Below are positions 30,263 to 38,962 of a stretch of DNA of 64,000 bases, in pieces. The position numbers and the translations under genes are program-made. The DNA comes from Nannocystales bacterium (lineage in GTDB: Bacteria > Myxococcota_A > Polyangia > Nannocystales > Nannocystaceae), in NCBI GenBank assembly GCA_050633305.1, contig JBOEGF010000013.1:128001-192000 (forward strand). The letters are read 5' to 3'. The notes under the pieces were generated by a model. It was not told the DNA's origin. It saw only the letters and a program-made list of their open reading frames with translations, and did not search any database. The stretch's first letter is position 1. Every line of letters starts with the position of its first letter.

Positions 30263-32682
30263 GCTGCTTTCCCTCGGTTGAAGAACCCGTCGGCTTTCCC
30301 GGCGAGAACACTCTCGATATCCAGAAGGTCTGTGACGCGGCCCTGGATGACCACCGCGCCGAGCGTTCCTTCACGGCGCAGACCGTGCTGGACCTCGATG
30401 ACCTCGTTCACGGTGTCCAGAATCTCCTCGACGACAAGCCCCACACTCCGGGTATCGTCGACATACACCACGACATTGAGGGGAGACTTTCCGTCCTCCC
30501 AACGGGACATCGGAGAACCGGTGAGATCCAGCAGTGGGAGGATGTCTCCCCGATACTGGATCACCAGGTGACCGCTGGCCCGCTCGAGCGTCGACGGGTC
30601 GACCTCTTCGAGGCGTGCAACGATGGACAAGGGAACCGCCATACGGTTGCCCGGAGACGTCGAGAACACCAGCAAGGGCTCCACAGCGTCGCCCTCCGCC
30701 ATCCTGTCGCGGCTGCGCTCGTCTGCGAAGTCGTTGTGCTGCGTGTGACCTAGAAGCGAGGCTCTCTCCGCGATTCCGATGACATCCAGAATCAGAGCCA
30801 CACGTCCGTCGCCCATGATCGTGGCTCCCGCGAACGCGCTGAGGCTCTTGAGTTCTTTCCCCAGCGGCTTGACGACAATCTCCTCGGTATCGCTCACCGC
30901 ATCGACGACGAGGCCAAACTGGCGATTGTCGGCCTGCAAGACCACGATGTTGAGCACATCGGGCAACTCGTCTTCTGCCCGCGGCGGAAGCTGAAGCGCT
31001 TCGTCGAGGAACACCAGGGGAAGCATTTCTCCACGGAGTCGGTACAGCGTCGTTCCGTAGAGGCGCTCGATCCCAGACTTCGCTTGCTCCCCCTCGAGGC
31101 GCACGAGTTCCAGGAGGTTGACCTGCGGGATCGCGAACCGCTCTCCCTGACTCGCCACGATGAGCGCCGGGATGATTGCGAGCGTCAGGGGGATCTTGAT
31201 GCGCAAGACGGTCCCAGAGCCCAGCGTCGTGCTCACGTCGACACTTCCGCCGATCTTCTCGACGTTGGTCTTGACCACGTCCATTCCGACCCCTCGCCCT
31301 GAGACGTTGGTGACGGCCGCCGCGGTGCTGAAGCCGGGGTGGAAGATCAGGTGGGCGATCTCTCGGTCGGCGAGGCTGGATGCACGCTCCGCGGACACAA
31401 GCCCACGGGAGATCGCACGCTCTTTGACACGCGCGAGGTTGATGCCCCCCCCGTCGTCAACAACCTCGATGTTGACCTGACCGCCTTCGTGGTAGGCGCG
31501 AAGCGTGAGACGTCCCCGGGGTGACTTGCCAGCCGCTTCCCGGACATCTGGAGCCTCGATGCCATGGTCGATGGCATTGCGAACCGCGTGGGTGAGCGGG
31601 TCCTTGATCGCCTCGATGATGGTTCGGTCCAGCTCGGTCTCGATTCCATCGAGCTCGAGCTCTACATCCTTGCCGCAGGACTGACACAAACCGCGAACCA
31701 TCCGCGGGAACTTGTTCCAGACGTTGCCGATCGGCTGCATCCGGGTCTTCATCACGCCCTCCTGCAACTCCGTCGTCAGCAGGTTGAGCTGTTGAGACGC
31801 GTTCGCGAACGAGGAGTCCTCGACGTGCGCGGCGAATTGGAGGATCCGGTTTCGTGCCAGGACCAGCTCACCGACCAGGTTCATGACGCGGTCGAGAAGA
31901 CCGACGTCGACCCGGATCGTCGTGTCTGCGAGCGCGCTCCGACTGGTGCCTTCGGCTTCAGCAGGCTGTGCCTTGGCCTTGGGTGCGGGCGCTGGCGGAC
32001 TGGGGGTCGCGGGTGCTTGCAGTACAACCTCACCGGGCGGCGACGGAGCGGCGGGTGCAGCAGCGGCTTCGGCAGCCGGAGCTGGAGCTGCTGCGGGCGT
32101 TGGAGCTGCTGCGGGAGTTGGAGCCGGAACCGGGGCCGCCGCTGGAGCGGGGGCCGCCGCTGGAACGGACTCCTCAGCTTCGGGGGGGGCCGGTGGCGCC
32201 GGTTCAGCTTCAACGGCCGCGGCGGGTGGTGCCTCCTCCGCAGTCGCGGGCGTCGTTTCGGCGGCCTCCTCACCTTCAGCCTCTTCCTCGCCTGCGGTGA
32301 GGCGTTCGAGCCGACTCAGCAGTTCTGAGTAGTCCGCGTTACCTTCCTCGCCGGTCTCCTCGAGTCGTCCGAGAATCGCCCGGATGGCATCGACGGTTTG
32401 AAGAAGCGCGTCGACAATTGCAGGCGTGGGCTTCAGCGTGCCGTCGCGTAGAAGCGAGAGCAGGTTCTCACCACGATGGGCGACGTGCTCGAGCTGCGTC
32501 AGCCCAAGGAACCCGCAGGTGCCCTTGATCGTGTGGATTCCCCGGAAGATCGAGCCAAGAAGACCTGGCTCCGAGCTGCCCTGCTCCAGATCGAGAAGGT
32601 CGGAGTCAATTCGGTCGAGGTTATCCTGGCTCTCGACCAGGAACTCCTTGACGACCTCGTCGAGTTCGCGAGAGACCGTCAT
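30259..32682 (-). CDS. cheA: Chemotaxis histidine kinase CheA (HPt - PA-rich linker - dimer - HATPase - two CheW domains)
   Basis: IFRGIHTIKG, IRVDV.LLD.VMNLVGELVL, HAVRNAIDHG, DDGGG, SGRGVGMDVV. Second CheW domain at the C-terminus. No P2 domain seen. Confidence 0.96.
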   Translation of the reverse strand: MTVSRELDEVVKEFLVESQDNLDRIDSDLLDLEQGSSEPGLLGSIFRGIHTIKGTCGFLGLTQLEHVAHRGENLLSLLRDGTLKPTPAIVDALLQTVDAIRAILGRLEETGEEGNADYSELLSRLERLTAGEEEAEGEEAAETTPATAEEAPPAAAVEAEPAPPAPPEAEESVPAAAPAPAAAPVPAPTPAAAPTPAAAPAPAAEAAAAPAAPSPPGEVVLQAPATPSPPAPAPKAKAQPAEAEGTSRSALADTTIRVDVGLLDRVMNLVGELVLARNRILQFAAHVEDSSFANASQQLNLLTTELQEGVMKTRMQPIGNVWNKFPRMVRGLCQSCGKDVELELDGIETELDRTIIEAIKDPLTHAVRNAIDHGIEAPDVREAAGKSPRGRLTLRAYHEGGQVNIEVVDDGGGINLARVKERAISRGLVSAERASSLADREIAHLIFHPGFSTAAAVTNVSGRGVGMDVVKTNVEKIGGSVDVSTTLGSGTVLRIKIPLTLAIIPALIVASQGERFAIPQVNLLELVRLEGEQAKSGIERLYGTTLYRLRGEMLPLVFLDEALQLPPRAEDELPDVLNIVVLQADNRQFGLVVDAVSDTEEIVVKPLGKELKSLSAFAGATIMGDGRVALILDVIGIAERASLLGHTQHNDFADERSRDRMAEGDAVEPLLVFSTSPGNRMAVPLSIVARLEEVDPSTLERASGHLVIQYRGDILPLLDLTGSPMSRWEDGKSPLNVVVYVDDTRSVGLVVEEILDTVNEVIEVQHGLRREGTLGAVVIQGRVTDLLDIESVLAGKADGFFNRGKAA
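32040..32170 (-). repeat. Low-complexity tandem repeats encoding the CheA PAAAP(A/T) linker
   Basis: Repeated ggagctgctgcggg / ggggccgccgctgga units. Confidence 0.6.
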
Positions 32683-32799
32683 GACGCACCCGAACCTTCA
32701 GCGTTCGCAGAGACAAGACCGCGACGGCCGTGATGATGGTGGCCGTCGTCGCCACCATCCGCTCCGCATGGGCTGCTCTGAGGTTCCATAGAAGCTTGT

Positions 32800-32843
32800 A
32801 TTGTGCTGCGTCCCAACGCTTTCAACCTCTGATTGTGATCAGA
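32800..32843 (-). promoter_or_regulatory. CRP/FNR-like palindrome plus -10 element upstream of cheA
   Basis: TCTGAT-TGTG-ATCAGA at 32828-32843 (FNR box is TTGAT-N4-ATCAA). CACAAT on the minus strand at 32805-32800. Confidence 0.45.
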
Positions 32844-33177
32844 ACTACCCCTGCTGTCTCGATATCCGCCCCGCGCTGATCGGCGTGTGGACCGCCTGAC
32901 CCCGCACCTCTCGAGGGCCAAGTCCCGCGTCCGCTCGAGGACCGGTCTGCTTTGCGTTTCAGTGTTCATCTCGTCAGCTTGCTTGGGTCGCGTTCGAACG
33001 CGGCAGGGAGTCGAGGCGCGGCAACAGGCCACGCCGGAGGCGGCGGCTGCGACACACTGGACGTTCGCGTCGGTATGACGGGGTCGTCCAGCATGGCCAT
33101 CCTGGCCAGCGCCGCAGCGCTACGTAGTTGTTTTTTCGGTCGACGACTGCTCCGCATCCGGAGTGTCGCTATCCAGG

Positions 33178-33199
33178 TCCGAGCCCCGAAGGGGTCGGA
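33178..33199 (-). terminator. cUUCGg-capped hairpin downstream of the short MCP gene
   Basis: Minus strand reads TCCGA-C-CCC-TTCG-GGG-C-TCGGA. No U-tract follows, so it may be a stability or processing hairpin instead. Confidence 0.35.
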
Positions 33200-33218
33200 G
33201 ACATTCAGTACAAAACAA

Positions 33219-34172
33219 TCAGAACAACATCACATCGCCGACGTCGACCTGTTCTTCATCCAGTTCTTCTTCGGCGGAGTCGTCTTCCGACGACTCCTCA
33301 GGGAGCGGCGCGACCGCAGCGAGGATAGCCCCGGCCCCGGCGTCACCACCGTCAGTGCCCGCACTGACGAGAAGGGATTCAAACTCCTCCACGAGTCGCT
33401 GAACACGTGAGAGGCTCTGCGCCATCGGGTCCTGGAACTGCAGGTGCGAAAGCGCCTTCTGAGCCATGGCCAGGTTTGCATCCGCGCTCCGCTCGTTCTC
33501 TTCCAGCGCAAGCCGTTCCTGCTTGGACACGACGGCCTCGGCTGCTGTCAGTGCGGTGACGTGTTCGCGGAACACATCCCCAAACGCCTGGCTGTCCGTG
33601 ACGAGTTGCTCGGACCCGTTCGCCAGCAACGGCATGTCCTCTGCCAGCGTCTCGGCAAGTTCGGCGACACGGTCGTTCGCCGCCCGAACACTTCGGGCCA
33701 AATCCACCATTTCGTCCGCGAGGACCGCGAACGCGCGGCCTGCCTCTCCGAGTCGAGTTGCCTCGATCCGGGCGTTGAGGCTCAGGAACTTCGTGGTGTT
33801 GGCGATGTGGGCGATCTCGGTGGCGATGCCCACGATCTCCGACGACTTCGCCCGTGCCGAGTTCGCCCGTTGTTGCTGGGTCTGCAGCTGGCCGAGGATC
33901 TCCCCAAGGAACTTCTCGGTCGTGCCACGTTGGCGATCGACGAGTTGCATGACCGGGGAGTCGCCGCCTGAGCTGTCCATCGCAACTCGGGCAGCCTCGT
34001 TCGCTCCCCGAGATCCCTCGAGCACCTCCGTGACACAGCCTCCAATGATGAGCACGTTCTCCTCGCTATCGGAGATCGCCGCTCCCAAGCGCCGCGCGAT
34101 TTCTTCACGCCTCGCCGCAAAGTCGACACACAAGGAATCGAATACAGTCACCTTGTTTGCTTCCGCGCCCAC
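33219..34172 (-). CDS. Short sensorless MCP-like protein with LQFQDxxxQ motif and acidic ...VMLF tail
   Basis: TKFLSLNARIEATRLGEAGRAFAVLADEM tip. No TM or PAS. GTG start with GGAG SD. Confidence 0.85.
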   Translation of the reverse strand: MGAEANKVTVFDSLCVDFAARREEIARRLGAAISDSEENVLIIGGCVTEVLEGSRGANEAARVAMDSSGGDSPVMQLVDRQRGTTEKFLGEILGQLQTQQQRANSARAKSSEIVGIATEIAHIANTTKFLSLNARIEATRLGEAGRAFAVLADEMVDLARSVRAANDRVAELAETLAEDMPLLANGSEQLVTDSQAFGDVFREHVTALTAAEAVVSKQERLALEENERSADANLAMAQKALSHLQFQDPMAQSLSRVQRLVEEFESLLVSAGTDGGDAGAGAILAAVAPLPEESSEDDSAEEELDEEQVDVGDVMLF

Positions 34173-34191
34173 AACAACTCCAACACTCAGC

Positions 34192-34554
34192 TCAGGCCGC
34201 GAGTTTCTTGGCCGCGGCGACCAGAGCCTCGGCCTTGAACGGCTTGACGATCCACCCACATGCTCCGGCCGCCCGCGCTCGCTTGATCAGCGCGGGATCG
34301 CCCTCCGTGGTCAGCATCACGACGTTGAGGTCCGAACGGACCGCTTTCGCCTGCTCGACCATGTCCAGGCCGTTCATCCGCGGCATGTTCACATCTGACA
34401 CCACGAGGGCGATGTCGGAGAGCTCGGTGATTTTCTCGAGCCCGTCCTGGCCGTCGACGGCTTCGATAATGTCGAAGCCCACGGCTTTCAGTGCCATGCT
34501 GACCTGCTGGCGAACGGTTGCAGAGTCATCCACTACTAGAATTTTTTTTCCCAT
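34192..34554 (-). CDS. cheY: Response regulator CheY (copy 2)
   Basis: VDDSATVR, SDVNMP, MLTTE, GWIVKPF. SD GAGGAG. Confidence 0.93.
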   Translation of the reverse strand: MGKKILVVDDSATVRQQVSMALKAVGFDIIEAVDGQDGLEKITELSDIALVVSDVNMPRMNGLDMVEQAKAVRSDLNVVMLTTEGDPALIKRARAAGACGWIVKPFKAEALVAAAKKLAA

Positions 34555-34580
34555 TGTTCGTTCTCCTCAGAAACACGTGA

Positions 34581-35120
34581 TTAGAAAAGGAAACACTCGC
34601 CTTCTTGGCCGGTCTCTTCGCCTTCTTCTTGCGGCAGCTCAATCAAGTCGATGCTGCCGTCGGTCCGAACGTCGCAGGACACGGTGCAGGTAGCATCGCC
34701 GCATAGAAATGCAGCCACGCGAGTTGCGCAAGCAGAGGCCAGCGACAGGCCGGTTTCGCTCACAGCGACCACCGGGGTTCCCATGCCGACCTTGTGGCCG
34801 TAGCGGATCAGTTGGTTCTTCGTACGACCGACCAGCTGGTTGCAAAGCTCTCCCACCCAGTCGCGCAGCTCAGCGTCGGTCGGTTTGGGACTCTTTTGCG
34901 GGTGTGTCGCGAGAGCGATCGATGCCGGGACCGTCAGGCAGACGGAGCCCCGGATCTGATCCCCGCTGTACCCAATGATGCTCACCAGCGAGGACTTGTC
35001 GATGTCCATCGACTCCGCCCGCGAGTGGCCGGAAAGTGTCACTTCGACACCGTACCCATCGATGAGGTCGAGAGTCGCCTCTTCGAGGATCTTTCCAAAG
35101 ACTTCTTGTGCGTTGCCCAT
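34581..35120 (-). CDS. cheX: CheX-like phosphatase (copy 2)
   Basis: IIGYSGDQIRG, DWVGELCNQLVG (ExxN), MGTP. SD GGAGA. Confidence 0.82.
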   Translation of the reverse strand: MGNAQEVFGKILEEATLDLIDGYGVEVTLSGHSRAESMDIDKSSLVSIIGYSGDQIRGSVCLTVPASIALATHPQKSPKPTDAELRDWVGELCNQLVGRTKNQLIRYGHKVGMGTPVVAVSETGLSLASACATRVAAFLCGDATCTVSCDVRTDGSIDLIELPQEEGEETGQEGECFLF

Positions 35121-35490
35121 ACGTCTGCTTCTCCGAGGGCGCGGCTCGATGCCGTCGTGCCCCACGAACTTCATCGCGCAGAGGCCGGGAAAATACAGTG
35201 GTCGAATGGGCCGCGAGTTTGGGTGCCGGCCCGGCCCGGGACACCTAGGCCCGGACCTGCACTGGTGACATCTGCCAGTTGGCCGATGAAGGTGGAGCAG
35301 GCCTCTGGCTTGCCATAGGCATCCTCGTGGATCACCGCACCATCGCAGACCTCTTCGGAGGAACCGGGCACCTGCTGCCGCAGGGCAGAGGGTCTGGGCG
35401 TGTGGGTGGGGGTCTCTCTGATACCAACCCATCACCGTGCAAACCGCAACAGCGCACGCACGCTGCGCCCACGAAAGGGTGCGAACCGCA

Positions 35491-36174
35491 GTGAAGACAC
35501 CACACACAACCCGCTTCGAGCCGGGTCAGCACCAGATCGCTGGGCGGGGTGGACCTCCGCCTGGTCGCTGGAAGGGCGGATGGAACGAACGAATCGCATA
35601 CGCCGTCGCGGCCGTATGGGTTGCCGTGTTCCTCACCGTCGGCGCCACGCTGACCGTCGGCCACTTCTACACACTCCCCCGACCGGACACCTCGGACCCT
35701 GCCGTCGCCGACGCGTTGAACTCGATGCGCGACCAGGATCAGGTCGAGGCCTGGCTAGCGGTCCATATCCTTTATGCAGATTGCCGCTGCTCGCAGCGGA
35801 TCTTTGAACACCTTCGCCTCGATGCGAGACCTTCGGATGTCGTTGAAAAGGTCCTGCTCGTCGGAGGAAGCGAGACGCTGAAGCAGCAACTCGCCGACGC
35901 CGGCTTCGAGGTCATTTCACTGAAGCGAGAGGAACTCGCTGAACGCTACGGGCTTACCGCAGCACCCCTCTTTGCCGTGCTCGACCCCAGCGGAACGCTC
36001 CGATACCTCGGCGGCTACACGGGTCGTAAGCAGGGTCTCGACGTCCGTGACACCAAAATCCTGGCGCAGCTCCGCGATGAGCAGCTCGTTGACGAGCTGC
36101 CTCTATTCGGCTGTGCCGTCGCCCAAGAACTCCAAGAACTCCTGGACCCGCTGAGTATCAAGTACGAAAAGTGA
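35491..36174 (+). CDS. Membrane-anchored thioredoxin-like protein with CxC motif
   Basis: N-terminal TM segment, HILYADCRCS, cis-Pro-like AAPLFAVLDPSGTLRYLGGY, C-terminal FGCAV. 9 bp from the downstream kinase. Start uncertain. Confidence 0.7.
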   Translation: MKTPHTTRFEPGQHQIAGRGGPPPGRWKGGWNERIAYAVAAVWVAVFLTVGATLTVGHFYTLPRPDTSDPAVADALNSMRDQDQVEAWLAVHILYADCRCSQRIFEHLRLDARPSDVVEKVLLVGGSETLKQQLADAGFEVISLKREELAERYGLTAAPLFAVLDPSGTLRYLGGYTGRKQGLDVRDTKILAQLRDEQLVDELPLFGCAVAQELQELLDPLSIKYEK

Positions 36175-36183
36175 GAACACGCC

Positions 36184-38184
36184 ATGTTTCAAAAAATCCT
36201 ACAAGCGGTGAATCTTCCCCAGGAGATCACGAACTTCGAACAAGACTACCTTCAGAGGATGAACCGCATTGGACTGATGTTCTTTGTGGCGCACGTCCCG
36301 GTCTTCGCCGCGGTTGCGTTCTTCAATGAGACAGGAGTCGGCCTCGCACTTGCGCTAACCTTGGGCGCACTGATCGGCCCCACGCTCGCCTACTTCACGT
36401 TCTCGAACCCCCGAAACGTCTCGGTCGTTCACGGGTTCACATCGATGGTCATGGGCGCGCTCTTGGTCCACTTCGGACAGGGCCCTGTCCAGATCGAGAT
36501 GCACTTCTACTTCTTCGTGCTGCTCGCTCTGCTCGCCGTCTTCGCGAACCCCAGAGCGATCATTGTCGCGGCCGCGACGGCAGCCGTTCACCACCTTGGT
36601 CTGTGGATGTGGCTGCCGACGAGTATCTTCAACTACGACGCTCCGGTCTGGGTCGTGGCGATCCACGCTGGCTTCGTCGTCCTCGAGTCGGTCGCCGCGT
36701 GCTTCATCGCGAGGAGCTTCTTCGACAACGTGATTGGCCTGGACAAGATCGTCCAGAAGCGAACCGCCGAGGTCGACCAACGCAACCGCGACATGCGAGT
36801 CGTGTTGGACAACGTCCATCAAGGCCTCTTGACCGTCTCCGCTGAAGGCGTCGTCGCTCCTGAGTACTCCGCGCGCGTCTCCGAGTGGTTCGGTGACGTG
36901 CCGGTTGGAACGACCATCTCCGAGCTCGTCGCCGGAAAGTCGCCCAAGGCAGGGGAGCTGTTCGAGATCGGCTGGGACCAGGTACAGATGGGCTTCATGC
37001 CCCCCGAGGTCACGCTCGACCAGATGCCCAAGCGCGTTGAGGTCGACGGAAAGGTACTCGAGTTCGGGTTCCGGTCCGTGGGTTCGGACCCCGAGGTGGT
37101 CGAGCGAGCTCTCATCGTGATCACCGACCGCACGGCGGAGCTGGCGGCACAGGCGACCGAGGCCGCGCAACGCGAGACGCTTCAAGTCTTCGAACGCGTC
37201 ATGGCCGACAAGACCGGTTTCTTGGAGTTCTTCGACGAAGCCAACGAGATCGTCTCCGCGGTCGTGGCGGGGAGCATCGAAGACACCGCCGTCTTCCAGA
37301 GAGCCCTGCACACCCTCAAGGGCAACGCCGCAATCTTCCAGATCAACACGGTGGCCGACATCTGTCACGCGATGGAGGACCGCCTTGTGGACGACGGAGA
37401 ACGCCCCTCGCAAGAGCAGGTCGACTTGCTGGCGGAGCGCTGGGAGGGTCTCAAGACGAACCTCGACACACTCCTTGGCAACCGCCGTCGCTCGATCGTC
37501 GAGGTCGAAGACGCCGACTTCGAAGGTCTGCTGTCTGCCGTCTTGGGAGACGCCAAGCGCGAGGACCTCGCCGCACGGATCGCGGGCTGGAAGTACGAGC
37601 CTGCAACACGACGACTCGTCGGGATCGCAGACAAGGCGCGCCGAGTCGCTCGACGCCTCAACAAGGAGAACGTCGAGATCGACGTGGAGGCCGGCGAGCA
37701 CCTGCTCGACCCTGCACGGTGGTCGGGATTCTGGGCTTCCTTCATTCACGTCATCCGCAACGCCATCGACCACGGTATCGAGTCCAGCGAGGATCGCATC
37801 GCTGCTGGAAAGTCTGCGGAGGGGCACGTGGTCCTGCGCAGCTACGTCGAGCGTGACGAGCTCGTCGTCCAGGTCCAGGATGATGGCCGCGGCGTCGACT
37901 GGGAGCGGGTCAAGAAGAAGGCAGAAGCGGCCGGCATCGGCCACAGCACCCAAAGCGACCTTGTCACGGCACTGTTCGCGGACGGCATCTCCACCAAGGA
38001 CGAGGTCACCCAGATCTCGGGCCGCGGCGTAGGCATGGCAGCGGTTCGTGCCGCATGCATCGAGCGCCAAGGTCGGGTCGAGATCCACAGCCAAAGCGGC
38101 TCGGGCACGACGGTGGAGTTCCGCTTCCCCGCCGCCGAAATGGCTCCGTCTCCAACGGAGCTGTACAACAAGATCGCCGCCTAA
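36184..38184 (+). CDS. Polytopic-membrane CheA-like histidine kinase (TM sensor - PAS-like - HPt - HATPase, no CheW domain)
   Basis: About 6 TM segments including IEMHFYFF. VLDNVHQGLL. ALHTLKGNA (HPt). HVIRNAIDHG, DDGRG and SGRGVGM (CheA-type HATPase). Confidence 0.88.
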   Translation: MFQKILQAVNLPQEITNFEQDYLQRMNRIGLMFFVAHVPVFAAVAFFNETGVGLALALTLGALIGPTLAYFTFSNPRNVSVVHGFTSMVMGALLVHFGQGPVQIEMHFYFFVLLALLAVFANPRAIIVAAATAAVHHLGLWMWLPTSIFNYDAPVWVVAIHAGFVVLESVAACFIARSFFDNVIGLDKIVQKRTAEVDQRNRDMRVVLDNVHQGLLTVSAEGVVAPEYSARVSEWFGDVPVGTTISELVAGKSPKAGELFEIGWDQVQMGFMPPEVTLDQMPKRVEVDGKVLEFGFRSVGSDPEVVERALIVITDRTAELAAQATEAAQRETLQVFERVMADKTGFLEFFDEANEIVSAVVAGSIEDTAVFQRALHTLKGNAAIFQINTVADICHAMEDRLVDDGERPSQEQVDLLAERWEGLKTNLDTLLGNRRRSIVEVEDADFEGLLSAVLGDAKREDLAARIAGWKYEPATRRLVGIADKARRVARRLNKENVEIDVEAGEHLLDPARWSGFWASFIHVIRNAIDHGIESSEDRIAAGKSAEGHVVLRSYVERDELVVQVQDDGRGVDWERVKKKAEAAGIGHSTQSDLVTALFADGISTKDEVTQISGRGVGMAAVRAACIERQGRVEIHSQSGSGTTVEFRFPAAEMAPSPTELYNKIAA

Positions 38185-38196
38185 GTCGTCGATGAC

Positions 38197-38246
38197 ACTG
38201 CCGGGCCTCGCAGCCAACCGCTGCGTCGCCCGGCAGTTCTAATTCT
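38197..38246 (+). terminator. Probable intrinsic terminator
   Basis: ACTGCCGGGC..CGCAGC/GCTGCG..GCCCGGCAGT hairpin followed by TCTAATTCT, just after the kinase stop codon. Confidence 0.55.
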
Positions 38247-38249
38247 CCA

Positions 38250-38900
38250 GGCTCCCCATCAACGGGAGGAGCCCCGCCGAACGCCCAGCGACCCGACGGC
38301 CAGGACAAGGCCACGGAGCCCGCGTGGTGAGGACCGGCGGGGCCGGGTTCGTCTCTCCGAGACGGCGCACCGCATGAGATGAAGCGGTCGAAAGCAGAGC
38401 GGGAGGGTGAGAACCTTCGAGCTCTGCTTCGGCCGTTCTCCCGGTGAGGCACTCGAGGAGTCGGCCAAGCTTGGACTCCGCCGTACAACCGAGTGACGCG
38501 CTCGACCCAACTTGGCGCTCAACAACGCGGGGAGGGGCCGGAACGTCGCAGACCTCTTATCGCCTCGATGTTGAGTCGGGAGTGCCGCCTCTCACAACCC
38601 CCCGTCACCGTCTCGGGGGCGAAGGATCTCTGCGAATCCGCACCGGGCCCTCCGTCACGAGACGCGTGCGGCCCCCCGAGGCAGACACCCGTCGGCCCCA
38701 AGCACGAGAGCACCGGTACGTGGCGCAACGGGAACCTGCAGCTCTTCCCTCCGGTACGCAGAGCAGCGTTGCACGTCGCTTCACGCGGATCTATCTCCTC
38801 AGGACGCACCTGCGCGGGCTGACCCCCTGCGCACCAACGAACGAAGACAGGAGCGCGAGTCGTCGTTCCCGACGAGTTCGCACTCCTGCCTTCGTTCGTG
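38250..38900. other. Non-coding interval densely packed with stem-loops (candidate ncRNA or palindromic-repeat cluster)
   Basis: Lies between convergent genes with no credible ORF and contains many long hairpins (see findings). Confidence 0.45.
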
Positions 38901-38962
38901 TCCCGATCGGAGCCGGGGTTGCTTTCGCAGCGGGGTTCGGCCGGCCGCGAGGGGTCTTCGTT

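Noticed and set aside
32805..32830. GAAA...GGGACGCA on the minus strand resembling a c-di-GMP-I riboswitch upstream of cheA
   Set aside because: No GCAAACC/P2 pairing and no CAAAG/P3 elements.
35282..35289. GCCGATGA (also GCCGATCA near 32880, minus strand) as further sigma28 promoters
   Set aside because: No matching -35 element at the right spacing.
38615..38640. GGGGGCGAAGGAT resembling a tmRNA 5' end
   Set aside because: No following TTCGA and no T-arm/acceptor 3' end. No RNase P or SRP signature in the interval either.
38444..38960. ORFs of 96-414 aa across the hairpin-rich interval
   Set aside because: Arg/Pro-rich, no motifs or codon bias. The longest is antisense to the cheY3 pair.
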